DNA of 64,000 nt, from IMG/VR virus record IMGVR_UViG_3300042923_001771, positions 1 through 64,000 of that record. One strand, written 5' to 3'. The stretch comes from a virus. Lineage: Duplodnaviria > Heunggongvirae > Uroviricota > Caudoviricetes. Positions 27,524 through 37,591 of the stretch are shown piece after piece (position 1 is the first letter of the stretch; each line of letters begins with the position of its first letter). The notes under the pieces are model-generated. The model worked only from the letters and a program-made list of their open reading frames with translations. It searched no databases and had not been told where the DNA came from. Both the position numbers and the translations under genes were made by a program.

Positions 27524-29140
27524 ATGGCAGGTTTTAATGATAAGACTTTTGTTGATAATTTCCCATTTACTGAAATAAGACCAAAACAACAAGAGGTACT
27601 TGAGAAATTACAAAAAAGTTGGGATAACGATAATTATAAATATTATGTTTGTGAACTCCCTACGGGTTTTGGAAAATCACCAGTAGCACAATCTATCGGA
27701 ATGACAGTGGATGATGCCTTTTTGTTGACGGTGACAAAGCAACTTCAAGATCAATATGTGAAGGATTTTGGGAGTAGAAAAGTTATTTCATTAAAGGGTA
27801 AAGCAAATTATCCATGTAATGTAAAAGATGGATTAAATGTTGAGTGCGGACCGTGTACTGTTGATAAGGATCTTTTAAAGTCTTGTAAAAGGGATAAAGT
27901 TTGCGCTTATTACAATCAACGAGACAAAGCTTTAGCAGCTCAAATAGCGGTAACTTCAATTCCGTTTTTTCTTTATTCTACAACTTGTGGAAGATATTGG
28001 AAGCCAAGAGATACAATTATTGTTGACGAATGTCATTTGTTGGAACAGCAATTAGTTCAATGGGCGACAACTCTAATTTCTCCAAAAGAATTAAAGGAAG
28101 ATTATGATGTATTCGTACCTGGATATTTTCCAGTTTCAGGATATGATGCTAATAAACAATGGCTTAAAGAGGTATGGGAAATTGTTGTAGGTAGAAGATT
28201 GGAATTACAAGAAGAAGTAAAAGATTTATTAGAAGGTAAAGATCCAAACCTTTTGACAGAAGACGAATTGGAAGAAATAGTGTCATCTCATGGAGTGTAC
28301 TATAAAATAGATAAAATCTATAAGAAGCTTGAGGTCTTTTTTGAATCACCAAATAAGAGTTCTTGGCTTTGTGAACCTCAGGAAGATGGCCTGGTAGTTA
28401 CTCCAGTTGAAATAAGAGATATTTTTCAAAGATATGTTCGTAGAATGGCAAAAGAAAAAATAGTTTTTATGAGCGCAACTATTTTGGATATGGCTGGTTT
28501 TTGCAAGAATTTGGGAATTAAAAAAGAAGAAGTTGGTATCATTAAGGTTGATCCTGTATTCCCACCTGAAAAATCACCGATCATCTATAAACCAAGTGGT
28601 TCTATGAGTTACAAAAATCTTGATGCAACAATTCCTAAAATTATTGAAAATGTAAAGGAGATTTTAGCAAAGCATCCAAACGATAAAGGGATACTTCACA
28701 CCAGTAACTATAGAATTGCACAAGCTATTTGCGATGGAATTGATGACCCGCGTCTTCTTATTAGAGGTCAAGGGGAAAACAATGAAATCTTAATGAAGAG
28801 ACATGCTGATAGCAAAAAACCTACAGTTCTGGTTTCGCCATCACTAACTACTGGAGCAGACCTAAAGGATGATTTAAGCAGATGGCAAGTTATTGTAAAA
28901 TTACCATTTCTATCTCTAGCTGATCCAAGGGTTGTTAAGAAAACAGAAATGGATCAAGACTGGTATGTCTCAGAAATGTTTCGTACTTTTACGCAAGCTG
29001 CCGGTAGAAGTACAAGAAGTGAAGATGATTGGTCAATAACTTATGTATTAGATCCATTGTTGTATCAATATATCGTTAAGTATAGAAAGTGGTTTTCACC
29101 ACAGTTTTTGAAAAGAATTATTTGGAAAGAGTCGAACTAA
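27524..29140 (+). CDS. SF2 helicase, DinG/XPD(Rad3)-like with Fe-S cluster
   Basis: Walker A PTGFGKS, DECH box, and the C..C..C..C insert between them that is characteristic of Fe-S XPD/DinG helicases. Confidence 0.7.
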   Translation: MAGFNDKTFVDNFPFTEIRPKQQEVLEKLQKSWDNDNYKYYVCELPTGFGKSPVAQSIGMTVDDAFLLTVTKQLQDQYVKDFGSRKVISLKGKANYPCNVKDGLNVECGPCTVDKDLLKSCKRDKVCAYYNQRDKALAAQIAVTSIPFFLYSTTCGRYWKPRDTIIVDECHLLEQQLVQWATTLISPKELKEDYDVFVPGYFPVSGYDANKQWLKEVWEIVVGRRLELQEEVKDLLEGKDPNLLTEDELEEIVSSHGVYYKIDKIYKKLEVFFESPNKSSWLCEPQEDGLVVTPVEIRDIFQRYVRRMAKEKIVFMSATILDMAGFCKNLGIKKEEVGIIKVDPVFPPEKSPIIYKPSGSMSYKNLDATIPKIIENVKEILAKHPNDKGILHTSNYRIAQAICDGIDDPRLLIRGQGENNEILMKRHADSKKPTVLVSPSLTTGADLKDDLSRWQVIVKLPFLSLADPRVVKKTEMDQDWYVSEMFRTFTQAAGRSTRSEDDWSITYVLDPLLYQYIVKYRKWFSPQFLKRIIWKESN

Positions 29141-29156
29141 TGTTCGGCTTTTTTTA
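29132..29156 (+). terminator. rho-independent terminator (short stem)
   Basis: cgaac-taat-gttcg followed by a T7 run. Confidence 0.5.
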
Positions 29157-29164
29157 TTAAACAG

Positions 29165-29193
29165 TTTACATCTTCATCATAATGTGATATAAT
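29165..29193 (+). promoter_or_regulatory. sigma-70-like promoter TTTACA-17-TGaTATAAT
   Basis: Near-consensus -35 and extended -10, 27 nt upstream of the 29220 start. Confidence 0.45.
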
Positions 29194-29219
29194 ATTAATA
29201 TAAAGAACGGAGGATGGAG

Positions 29220-29567
29220 ATGAATCAAAAAAAACTAATTGATTTTTTTGATGGTTTTGAAGTAATGTTAAATATGTATAGAGAATGCAAGGTTAAGCAT
29301 CATCCACAACTAAACTTACATCAAGTAAGTTTTCCAGAAGGTTTGTTGATTGAATTTTTCACTTATGAATCTCAAAATGAAGTTGACATTAAATTTAATT
29401 TCATTAGAAATGCATCTCTATTTAAATATGATGTTTTTTTGGTTTCTATTCTAAATAGTCATTATCGAAGACCTAAGGTTAGCGGTATTGATTTCGAATT
29501 TAGAAACATATTATTGAGTGATATTGATGACTTTGTAAGTCAGCATGTTACTAAATTAGTTAGTTAG
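29220..29567 (+). CDS. hypothetical protein
   Basis: ATG after acggagga. Confidence 0.5.
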   Translation: MNQKKLIDFFDGFEVMLNMYRECKVKHHPQLNLHQVSFPEGLLIEFFTYESQNEVDIKFNFIRNASLFKYDVFLVSILNSHYRRPKVSGIDFEFRNILLSDIDDFVSQHVTKLVS

Positions 29568-29580
29568 GTGGGTTAAGTAA

Positions 29581-29979
29581 GTGTTTAAGGCAAAAGGTAC
29601 TGTAATTTTTGACCCAACAGCTGGCGAAGCTGCAAATAAGTGGTGGGCAATTGTTGAATGTCCAAAAGACATAATTGATTACTACAAATATTGGGTTACT
29701 AAAAATCAAAAAATTAAAATAAGTGCTCCATTGTTTGGCTCACACATTTCTATCATTCGTGGTGAGGAACCAAAGGATAAGTTTAAACATCTCTGGAGAT
29801 TTCGCCATGGTGAAGAAGTAGAGTTTACATACACTCCTGACTATGAGAATTTAGGAGAGTATTGGTGGTTAAATGTTGAATGTCCAAGATTGGTAGAAAT
29901 AAGAAGAGAACTTGGTTTATCAGATTTACCAGACTATAAGTTCCACTTAACGATTGGCAAACTTATACCGGGATGGTAA
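29581..29979 (+). CDS. hypothetical protein
   Basis: GTG start; 132 aa. Confidence 0.5.
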   Translation: MFKAKGTVIFDPTAGEAANKWWAIVECPKDIIDYYKYWVTKNQKIKISAPLFGSHISIIRGEEPKDKFKHLWRFRHGEEVEFTYTPDYENLGEYWWLNVECPRLVEIRRELGLSDLPDYKFHLTIGKLIPGW

Positions 29980-29998
29980 AAATAAGGAGGAATTTAAG

Positions 29999-30400
29999 AT
30001 GAGCGAAATTATCATTGGCGTAAACATGAGCAAAGAGGAAAAAGAAGACCGAGTGTATGAGTTGGTAGAGTCATTTACTATTGGTCAAACTATTTTAGGT
30101 AGAGCTGTTGAGCTTAAGAAAAAGCCATATCCAGATGGTGGATTTGTACTTAAGGTTATGCAAAATGAGCATTATGACTTCCTTGAAGTTAAGTATGGTG
30201 AAATTCAAATTAACGTTAATTTTACCCTACATCCAGGTGTTGACGATAAGTTAATTGAACAAATGAAAAAATTAGCCGAAGCAGATAAAGATGACTGGGA
30301 CCGTTTTTGGATTAATGAAGAAAAAAATAGTTATGGTGCGATCCTCATTGGTTACGACCAGTTTGAAGAATTATTCCCAAAAATGTATAGCCATTCCTAA
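29999..30400 (+). CDS. hypothetical protein
   Basis: ATG 8 nt after aaggagg. Confidence 0.55.
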   Translation: MSEIIIGVNMSKEEKEDRVYELVESFTIGQTILGRAVELKKKPYPDGGFVLKVMQNEHYDFLEVKYGEIQINVNFTLHPGVDDKLIEQMKKLAEADKDDWDRFWINEEKNSYGAILIGYDQFEELFPKMYSHS

Positions 30401-30416
30401 TAGAGAGGATAACAAT

Positions 30417-30968
30417 ATGAAAACTTTCCCATTCAAAAAAGCTGCTAAAATAACGAAGGACTCTATGTCCTTCGTTAATGTTAATTACGATATTGAAACA
30501 GAAGTACCGATTGGTAACAACCATGTTGGAGCTTTTGGCTACATAAGAAAGAATCACACTCATGAAGGTGTAGATCTTTATTGCCATCCTGGAGAAGAAG
30601 TTTTTGCAATGGAAGATGGCGAAGTTGTTTTCATTGAGTGGTTCACTGGCCCAAACGCAAATCCTCCTTCAGAATGGTGGAGAAACACGAGAGCAGTTCA
30701 TGTTGAAGGTGAATCAGGAGTTATAGTTTATGGTGAGATTATTGAAAGCGAAGATATTATGGTTGGTAAGAAAATAAAGCAAGGTGACCTCATTGGTAAA
30801 GTTGAAACTGTTCTCACTAAAGATAAGGGTCGACCAATAACAATGCTACATCTCGAGCTTTACGAACATGGATCAAGAGAGTCTGTGACTTGGAATCCTG
30901 GAGAAACAAAGCCGCAATTGTTGAAAGACCCAACTGAATTATTGCTTAGTGCAATTGGAAACCATTAA
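30417..30968 (+). CDS. M23-like peptidase-fold protein with variant active site
   Basis: HEGVD (HxxxD) is present, but the usual HxH position reads LHLEL. Confidence 0.5.
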   Translation: MKTFPFKKAAKITKDSMSFVNVNYDIETEVPIGNNHVGAFGYIRKNHTHEGVDLYCHPGEEVFAMEDGEVVFIEWFTGPNANPPSEWWRNTRAVHVEGESGVIVYGEIIESEDIMVGKKIKQGDLIGKVETVLTKDKGRPITMLHLELYEHGSRESVTWNPGETKPQLLKDPTELLLSAIGNH

Positions 30969-31045
30969 ACATGGTTTCCTTTTTTTATTTAACCTTTGTC
31001 CGCTAAGTAAATATAATTTTTAAAAACGGAAAAGGTGTGATTTAG

Positions 31046-31723
31046 ATGTCTCAGAGCAGGGTAGCATTTTTAGAACTTTGTTTATCACAAAATGGTTTTC
31101 ACAAAGCGTTAGAAGCTCTTGATTTAATGATTGAAGAAATGTGCGCTGAAAAAGGTTATTCAAGGCATGATGGTACTCATTATTACTACCATCTAGTTGA
31201 CGTAACGCAGATACTTTTCAACTATGGCATTCGCGATGAAGCAACATTAATTGGAGCATTGCTTCATGATTATGCTGAAGATGTACCTGGAGTTACTATT
31301 AAGATGATTGAACAGCGTTTTGGTCCTGTAGTTGCTGAAGCGGTAAGATTAGTAACAAAGCTTGATGGTAAAAACTACAAAGACGCTGAAACGATGTCAA
31401 ATTATATGGCAGAAATTCTTAAGAGTTGGAGAGCAACACTAATCAAAACTGCAGATAGAATGCATAACTTCAGTACTTTGAGAGATGCTACGCCAGCTAA
31501 GAAAATGAAACAAGTGGGCGAGACAGAAACTTTCTTCTTTCCATTCTTTAAGGATGCTAGAAATAAGTATCCACGATATGCTCAATTCTTCTATGCAGCT
31601 AAAACCGCTATCAAACCACACCTTGATGAAATTAGAGAACATTATATTGAAATGGAAGCTCTGCAGTCTAAAATCACAATTCTAGAATCTAAGCTTCAAG
31701 AAGCTCAAAGAGGCGTAGTGTAA
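31046..31723 (+). CDS. HD-domain hydrolase, RelA/SpoT (Mesh1)-like (p)ppGpp hydrolase candidate
   Basis: H..HL..D and GALLHDYAEDV match the RelA/SpoT HD signature; single domain, 225 aa. Confidence 0.55.
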   Translation: MSQSRVAFLELCLSQNGFHKALEALDLMIEEMCAEKGYSRHDGTHYYYHLVDVTQILFNYGIRDEATLIGALLHDYAEDVPGVTIKMIEQRFGPVVAEAVRLVTKLDGKNYKDAETMSNYMAEILKSWRATLIKTADRMHNFSTLRDATPAKKMKQVGETETFFFPFFKDARNKYPRYAQFFYAAKTAIKPHLDEIREHYIEMEALQSKITILESKLQEAQRGVV

Positions 31724-31804
31724 AAAAGAGAACTCCTTTATTATCATTTTATTGCTTTAACCTATTACTCAAAGTAAAGATGGATAATAAAGGAGTGTTT
31801 TTTC

Positions 31805-32362
31805 ATGAAGAGACTAATAAGAAAAGCAAATGAGCTGGGAACGTTTACGTTTGCTCAAGTTAGAGAATATATTGGTCAGAAAACTCCAAATGTATTGTTT
31901 GGATTGAATTTAGAAGAGCAAGAAAAATTGGGTACAATTCTAGATTTATTTGAGGGTGCCGTAAAGGAAGCTGCGGATTATTCCGGGCTTGGTATGCCGC
32001 AACTAGAAGTTGGAGTTGCTAACTACGATAATATTGCTTACTATAAGCTCGGTTCAGGAATATTAACAATCAATGAGGGAAGTTTTGATCAATTGTTTAA
32101 TGCTACAAATGATTACATTGAAATGGTTGGAGTACATGAATATGGGCATTATGTAGATGAAAAACTTGGTAATATCAGTGAAACTGATGGGTGGAAAGAA
32201 ATTATCAATAAATCTACAGTAAACTATCTAGAAGGTTATGGAATTACTGCAACTACTGATAAACCAGCCGAACAATTTGCTAATGTTTTTATCGCATGTG
32301 TGTGGGGAGCAACTGATGATGAGTGCACACAATTCATAAATAATTCAATCAGAGGGAATTAA
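31805..32362 (+). CDS. putative Zn metallopeptidase (HExxH)
   Basis: VHEYGHYVDE motif. The RBS sits inside a long-range inverted repeat. Confidence 0.5.
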   Translation: MKRLIRKANELGTFTFAQVREYIGQKTPNVLFGLNLEEQEKLGTILDLFEGAVKEAADYSGLGMPQLEVGVANYDNIAYYKLGSGILTINEGSFDQLFNATNDYIEMVGVHEYGHYVDEKLGNISETDGWKEIINKSTVNYLEGYGITATTDKPAEQFANVFIACVWGATDDECTQFINNSIRGN

Positions 32363-32460
32363 AATCAATTAAATATAAATTTACATCATGTCACACTATT
32401 CATCCTAGAGGATTAACTGGATTCCTAATTAATAATCTTTTTATAATGATTTAAATATAA

Positions 32461-32502
32461 AAAAGAGACCTTATCTCAAATAGATAAGGTCTCTTTTTTA
32501 TT
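32461..32502. terminator. bidirectional rho-independent terminator
   Basis: agagaccttatct-caaa-tagataaggtctct with A/T-run flanks. Confidence 0.7.
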
Positions 32503-33190
32503 CTTCTTCTGTAACTTTGTTCATTTCTTTTTCGAGAAATTTATTGAATTTTTCTTCATCTTCTTTACGAATATATCTGAAATTCCAATCATTTTCGCCA
32601 TCCATAACAATAACTAATAGATGTTTCTCTTCATCAAATTCTTGAATATCTTTAGTTTCGTTTAAGTCAATGGTTTTAGTTTTCTTTGGTTTTTCTTGTA
32701 ATTTTAAAAATGTTAATCCCTTAAGAGATACTTTTACTTCTTTCCACATTTCTTTATGATTATTTGCAGTCATTTCATACTCTTCAATTAATTCCTCGAA
32801 ATCATCAACGTATCCGTTGTAATCATGCAATATATCTACGATTTTAGCAATTTGTTTTTTATTTGATTTATACGTAAACACTGGTTCAATATTCTTAACG
32901 CTGTTACCATTATCAGCAACACTTTTTTTCGTATAGACTGAAATGTTAAACTCCTCTTTAATAGCTATAACATGCTCTCCATGTTTAAAATTAGGCTTAT
33001 TGAAGACATTAGAGAGATAAATATTGATTCTTTTGTTGTAAACATCAATATCTTCATTGAGGACCTTCAAGTCGTGTTCTATAACCCTTAATTCAGTACT
33101 AATTTCAATAATATCTCTAGCGAATTCCTTGATCTTAGTGTTTCCAGTTATTTCCCACATAGGGATTTTTGGTTTGATAGACTTTTTCAA
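32498..33190 (-). CDS. hypothetical protein
   Basis: 230 aa, Lys/Glu-rich; lone minus-strand gene. Confidence 0.55.
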   Translation of the reverse strand: MKKSIKPKIPMWEITGNTKIKEFARDIIEISTELRVIEHDLKVLNEDIDVYNKRINIYLSNVFNKPNFKHGEHVIAIKEEFNISVYTKKSVADNGNSVKNIEPVFTYKSNKKQIAKIVDILHDYNGYVDDFEELIEEYEMTANNHKEMWKEVKVSLKGLTFLKLQEKPKKTKTIDLNETKDIQEFDEEKHLLVIVMDGENDWNFRYIRKEDEEKFNKFLEKEMNKVTEEE

Positions 33191-33357
33191 GTAGATCCCT
33201 CCTTTACTTTCATTATAGTTAATTTACTAATAATTTTTATAAGCATCATTATTTTTGTCTGGAAAAATTTTTTTTAGTTCGGTATTAATAAATTCGATTG
33301 TTGTTTTATTTCTTTAATGAAAGGGGGAGATAATCCACACAGGAGGTGACGTGTCGT

Positions 33358-33840
33358 ATGATGATCACGAAAATAAATTCAATCTTGGACAAAGTTAAAG
33401 AGGTTGATAATGAAGTATACGAACACTTAGAGAGAACTGCCTTATTAAGTTTTGCATTAGCTAAAGGTATTAAGTTAGGACCAAAGGAAATGGAAAAAGC
33501 ATACTTTGCAGGTTTGATTCACGATGTTGGCATATTAGAGTCAGCAAAAAATAATCATGAACTTACTGCACTTTATGGTAGTATGATGTTGAGATTTGTT
33601 GATGGGTTTGAAGAAATCTCAGAAGCAATAAAATATCAAGGTAATTACAAACTACTTGACGAAGGAAATTTTTCCTACGTATTGGCTCAAATTTTAGCTA
33701 TTGTGAATAAATATGATGAACTTAGAGTTCAAGAGGGTTTATCGCATGAAGAAGCAAAAAGTATCTTAAACGAATATGACCTCAAACATGACTTTGTTGA
33801 GAAGTTTATTGAAATCGTTGAGCAAGAGGACTTAATCTAA
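33358..33840 (+). CDS. HD-domain protein
   Basis: AGLIHDVG motif; ATG after aggagg. Confidence 0.5.
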   Translation: MMITKINSILDKVKEVDNEVYEHLERTALLSFALAKGIKLGPKEMEKAYFAGLIHDVGILESAKNNHELTALYGSMMLRFVDGFEEISEAIKYQGNYKLLDEGNFSYVLAQILAIVNKYDELRVQEGLSHEEAKSILNEYDLKHDFVEKFIEIVEQEDLI

Positions 33841-33841
33841 T

Positions 33842-33875
33842 AAAAAAACAGCTAGTAAAATAGCTGTTTTTTTTA
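33842..33875 (+). terminator. rho-independent terminator
   Basis: aacagcta-gtaaaa-tagctgtt followed by a T8 run. Confidence 0.65.
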
Positions 33876-34179
33876 TGCCCATTAAATTGTTAAGTATATT
33901 GAACTTTCAGATAATAATCTATATCCAAGTTTCAATAAATGTACTTCGTTTTGATACAAAAATTAACAAAATTTTGCAATTGGAAGTTATATTTACATAA
34001 GTGTTTTTGCTTCCAAATACTTAGCAGATTTACATTTCGAAATGTGTAACGATTATATAAAGTGAGATTCAAGCTATTTTATTAGCCCCGGGAATATAAC
34101 TTCTCAACCTGGCCGGTTAAAAAAAGCTTGCTATTATCTTACTATAAAAATAGATTCTAAGAAGAGGTGTTCTATAAAC

Positions 34180-36459
34180 ATGACAGTCATCATTGGCAAA
34201 AATGGTTCGAAAGAACTAGATTTAGAAAGATTTTCCAAAAATATCGACAAAATAACAGCGAATTATCCGCATCTTGAAGTTGAGGCTTACAAACAATCCT
34301 TAATTGATGCAATCACAGCAAAAGATACTTACACTAAAGAACAGGTTACACATCTTAAAGTTCTAAAAGCACTTGAAAATATCGACATTGACAAACCGGA
34401 TTGGACTTACATCGCAGCTCATACTTATTTGGAGACCTTGTACAGTGACGCAGCTTATTTCCGTGGTTACGATGAAGATCAAAACTACGGTTCACTTTAC
34501 GAATTACTTACACTGCTTACTAAAGAGGGAATCTACAATCCAAAAATCCTTTCCTCTTACACAAAAGAAGAAATTGATGAAATGGAAAAAGTTATTGATC
34601 CGGAAAGAGATAAGGACTTTAACTACATTGCAATAAAAACTTTAGCTGATCGTTATCTTGCAACTGACCATGATAATAATATTTACGAACTCCCTCAAGA
34701 AAGATTTGCAATTATCGCTTTGACAATTATGCTCAAGGAAAAACCGGAAAACAGATTAGAATTGGCAAAAGAAGCTTATTGGGCTCTTTCAAATCGTTAC
34801 ATGACTGTTGCAACGCCTACTCTTAATAACGCAGGTAAATCTTATGGACAATTAAGTTCGTGCTTTATTGATACAATGGACGATAGTTTAGATGGCATTT
34901 TTATGACAAACCATGATGTAGCGCGTTTAAGTAAGTCCGGCGGCGGAATTGGCGTGTATCTTGGTAAAATTCGTTCTCGCGGTTCAGATATTAAAGGTTT
35001 TAAAGGTATTTCTTCTGGTGTAATCCCTTGGATGAAACAATTGAACAATACTGCAGTGTCAGTTGACCAACTCGGACAACGTCAAGGAGCTATTGCTGTT
35101 TATTTAGATGTATGGCACAAAGACATTTTTTCCTTCCTTGATTCAAAATTAAACAATGGTGACGAAAGAATGAGAACACACGACTTATTTACGGGTGTTT
35201 GTCTTCCTGATTTGTTCATGGAAATGATTGATTCTCGTGAAGATTGGTATATTTTTGACCCGCATACAATAGATAAAGTGATGGGATATAGATTAGAAGA
35301 TTCTTATGATGAAGAAAAAGGTAGAGGTTCTTTTCGCAACAAATATTTTGCTTGCGTAGATGCAGCAGAAGCTGGTAAGTTTGGTCCTAAAGGTGTTTCT
35401 TATGATGTAGTTCCAGCTATTGAAATCTTCAAACGTATCATGAAGTCTCAATTAGAAACAGGAACTCCTTACATGTTTTATCGTGACACTGTAAATAGAG
35501 ATAACCCTAATAAACATGCAGGTATGATTTACTCTTCAAATCTTTGTACGGAAATTATGCAAAATATGTCTGCTACAACCATTTCTGAAGAAACAACTGT
35601 TGATGGTAAAATCATCATCACTAAAACTCCTGGTGATTTCGTAGTATGTAATCTTTCTTCAATTTCACTTGCTGCAGCAGTTACAGCAAATGTACTTGAA
35701 AGATTGATTGCTATCCAAGTTCGTATGTTGGATAACGTTATTGACTTGAACACAATTGAAGTTCTTCAAGCTCAAGTTACAAATCAGAAGTATCGTGCAA
35801 TTGGTCTTGGCACATTTGGTTGGCATCACCTTCTTGCTCTTAAAGGTATTAAATGGGAAAGCCAAGAAGCTGTTGATTATGCTGATGAATTATACAGCAA
35901 GATTGCATATTTGACAATTAAAGCTTCTATGGATCTAGCAGTTGAAAAAGGCGCTTATCCTGCATTTCCTGGTTCTGATTGGTCAACTGGCGATTACTTT
36001 GATCGTAAGGGTTACAATACTCCGGAATGGCAAGCTCTTAAGGCTTGGGTAATGAAAAATGGTATGCGTAATGGATACTTGATTGCAGTAGCACCAAACT
36101 CTTCAACTTCAATCTTGGCTGGTTCCACGGCATCTATTGACCCTATCTTCCAAATTTTCTACTCCGAAGAGAAGAAAAACTACAAAATTCCGGTTACTGC
36201 TCCAGATCTTAACCCAGAAACTTATGAATTTTATCAATCAGCTTATACGCTCGACCAGCGTTGGAGTGTTAGACAAAACGCAGCTCGTCAAAAGCATATT
36301 GACCAAGCGGTTTCGTTTAATATCTATGTTCCAAACAACATTCCGGCTAAGAAACTTCTTGAAGTTCATAGGTTAGCTTGGGATTCAGGTATGAAAACAA
36401 CTTACTATGTTCGTTCAACCTCTACTGAAATTGAAGAGTGCGAATGGTGTGCAAGCTAA
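34180..36459 (+). CDS. nrdA: ribonucleotide reductase class I large (alpha) subunit
   Basis: ATP-cone-like N-terminus, NLCTEI active-site region, C-terminal CEWC pair; 759 aa. Confidence 0.85.
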   Translation: MTVIIGKNGSKELDLERFSKNIDKITANYPHLEVEAYKQSLIDAITAKDTYTKEQVTHLKVLKALENIDIDKPDWTYIAAHTYLETLYSDAAYFRGYDEDQNYGSLYELLTLLTKEGIYNPKILSSYTKEEIDEMEKVIDPERDKDFNYIAIKTLADRYLATDHDNNIYELPQERFAIIALTIMLKEKPENRLELAKEAYWALSNRYMTVATPTLNNAGKSYGQLSSCFIDTMDDSLDGIFMTNHDVARLSKSGGGIGVYLGKIRSRGSDIKGFKGISSGVIPWMKQLNNTAVSVDQLGQRQGAIAVYLDVWHKDIFSFLDSKLNNGDERMRTHDLFTGVCLPDLFMEMIDSREDWYIFDPHTIDKVMGYRLEDSYDEEKGRGSFRNKYFACVDAAEAGKFGPKGVSYDVVPAIEIFKRIMKSQLETGTPYMFYRDTVNRDNPNKHAGMIYSSNLCTEIMQNMSATTISEETTVDGKIIITKTPGDFVVCNLSSISLAAAVTANVLERLIAIQVRMLDNVIDLNTIEVLQAQVTNQKYRAIGLGTFGWHHLLALKGIKWESQEAVDYADELYSKIAYLTIKASMDLAVEKGAYPAFPGSDWSTGDYFDRKGYNTPEWQALKAWVMKNGMRNGYLIAVAPNSSTSILAGSTASIDPIFQIFYSEEKKNYKIPVTAPDLNPETYEFYQSAYTLDQRWSVRQNAARQKHIDQAVSFNIYVPNNIPAKKLLEVHRLAWDSGMKTTYYVRSTSTEIEECEWCAS

Positions 36460-36553
36460 TTATACAGAAGACTATATAAGATGGAGTGTTAAAAGCACTC
36501 CATCTTTTAAATAAGATATCAAAAGACTACGAGATAAGGAAGGAACACAAACA

Positions 36554-37591
36554 ATGGATAAATTAAATGACCGTAAAATTTATGATATAAGTGCACCTAA
36601 TCGTTCTACAGGTATTATCAATGGAGAAAGTTCTAACGTATTGAATTGGGATGATTGTCGTTTTGACTGGGCGTACCCTCGATATAAAAAAATGTTAGGA
36701 AATTTCTGGACACCATTTGAAATAAACATGGCTACAGATGTAAAACAATATCTTCAATTAGAACCGCATGAAAAAGAAGCATTTAATAAAATTATTGGTT
36801 TGCTTGCGTTTTTAGATAGTATTCAAACAGATTATGCCTTTAAAGTTGCGAATTATCTTACAGATTCTAGTTTGAACGCAATCATGGTTACGTTAGCATT
36901 TCAAGAAGTTGTTCATAATCAATCTTATTCTTATGTCTTGTCATCTGTTGCTGATAAGAAAATTCAAGATGAGGTATTTGAATATTGGAAGCATGACCCA
37001 ATTTTACTTGAACGAAATGATTTTATTGCTAAAGCTTATGAAAAATTTACAGATGAACCAAATGTAGAGAATTTCTTGAAATCTATTGTTTTTGATATTA
37101 TTCTAGAAGGTTTGAACTTCTATTCTGGTTTTGCATTCTTCTATAATCTTGCTCGTAATCAAAAGATGGTTGCTACATCCACAATGATTAATTATATCAA
37201 TCGTGATGAGCAATTGCATGTTGATACATTTATTAAGATTTTCAGACAAATCTTAGTTGAGTATCCTGAATATGATACTCCAGAGATGGCAAGCTTCGTT
37301 ATTGATACATTTACAAAGGCAGCTGAGCTTGAAATCAAATGGGCTCATTATATTATCGGAAATAAGTTTGATGGAATTAACATTAAAGATCTTGAAGCTT
37401 ATGTTAAATTTATGGCTAATAACCGTGTTCATGCTATGGGATTTGAACGTCCTTTTGAAGGATTTAGAACTAATCCAATGCGTTGGATTAAGGCTTATGA
37501 AGACGTAGATCTTGGAAAAACTGACTTTTTTGAACAGAAATCCCGTCAGTACACTAAAGTTAGTATAGATAATGGATTTGATGATTTGTAA
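36554..37591 (+). CDS. nrdB: ribonucleotide reductase class I small (beta) subunit
   Basis: Di-iron ligand motifs EVVH, EGLNFYSGFAFFY, RDEQLH. Confidence 0.85.
   Translation: MDKLNDRKIYDISAPNRSTGIINGESSNVLNWDDCRFDWAYPRYKKMLGNFWTPFEINMATDVKQYLQLEPHEKEAFNKIIGLLAFLDSIQTDYAFKVANYLTDSSLNAIMVTLAFQEVVHNQSYSYVLSSVADKKIQDEVFEYWKHDPILLERNDFIAKAYEKFTDEPNVENFLKSIVFDIILEGLNFYSGFAFFYNLARNQKMVATSTMINYINRDEQLHVDTFIKIFRQILVEYPEYDTPEMASFVIDTFTKAAELEIKWAHYIIGNKFDGINIKDLEAYVKFMANNRVHAMGFERPFEGFRTNPMRWIKAYEDVDLGKTDFFEQKSRQYTKVSIDNGFDDL

Noticed and set aside
29954-30000. Longer N-terminal extensions of several track ORFs (29954, 30291, 53584, 53816, 24397, 2755, 3075)
   Set aside because: Internal starts with proper GGAGG-type RBSs remove the overlaps with upstream genes. 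The extensions are run-on frames.
33876-34179. 300-nt leader upstream of nrdA, considered for an NrdR box or cobalamin riboswitch
   Set aside because: No convincing 16-bp NrdR palindromes or B12-box could be recognised by eye. Left uncalled.
34180-37591. Possible intein or intron in the RNR genes
   Set aside because: Both subunits are of normal length with contiguous conserved motifs. No LAGLIDADG, HNH or GIY-YIG ORFs nearby.
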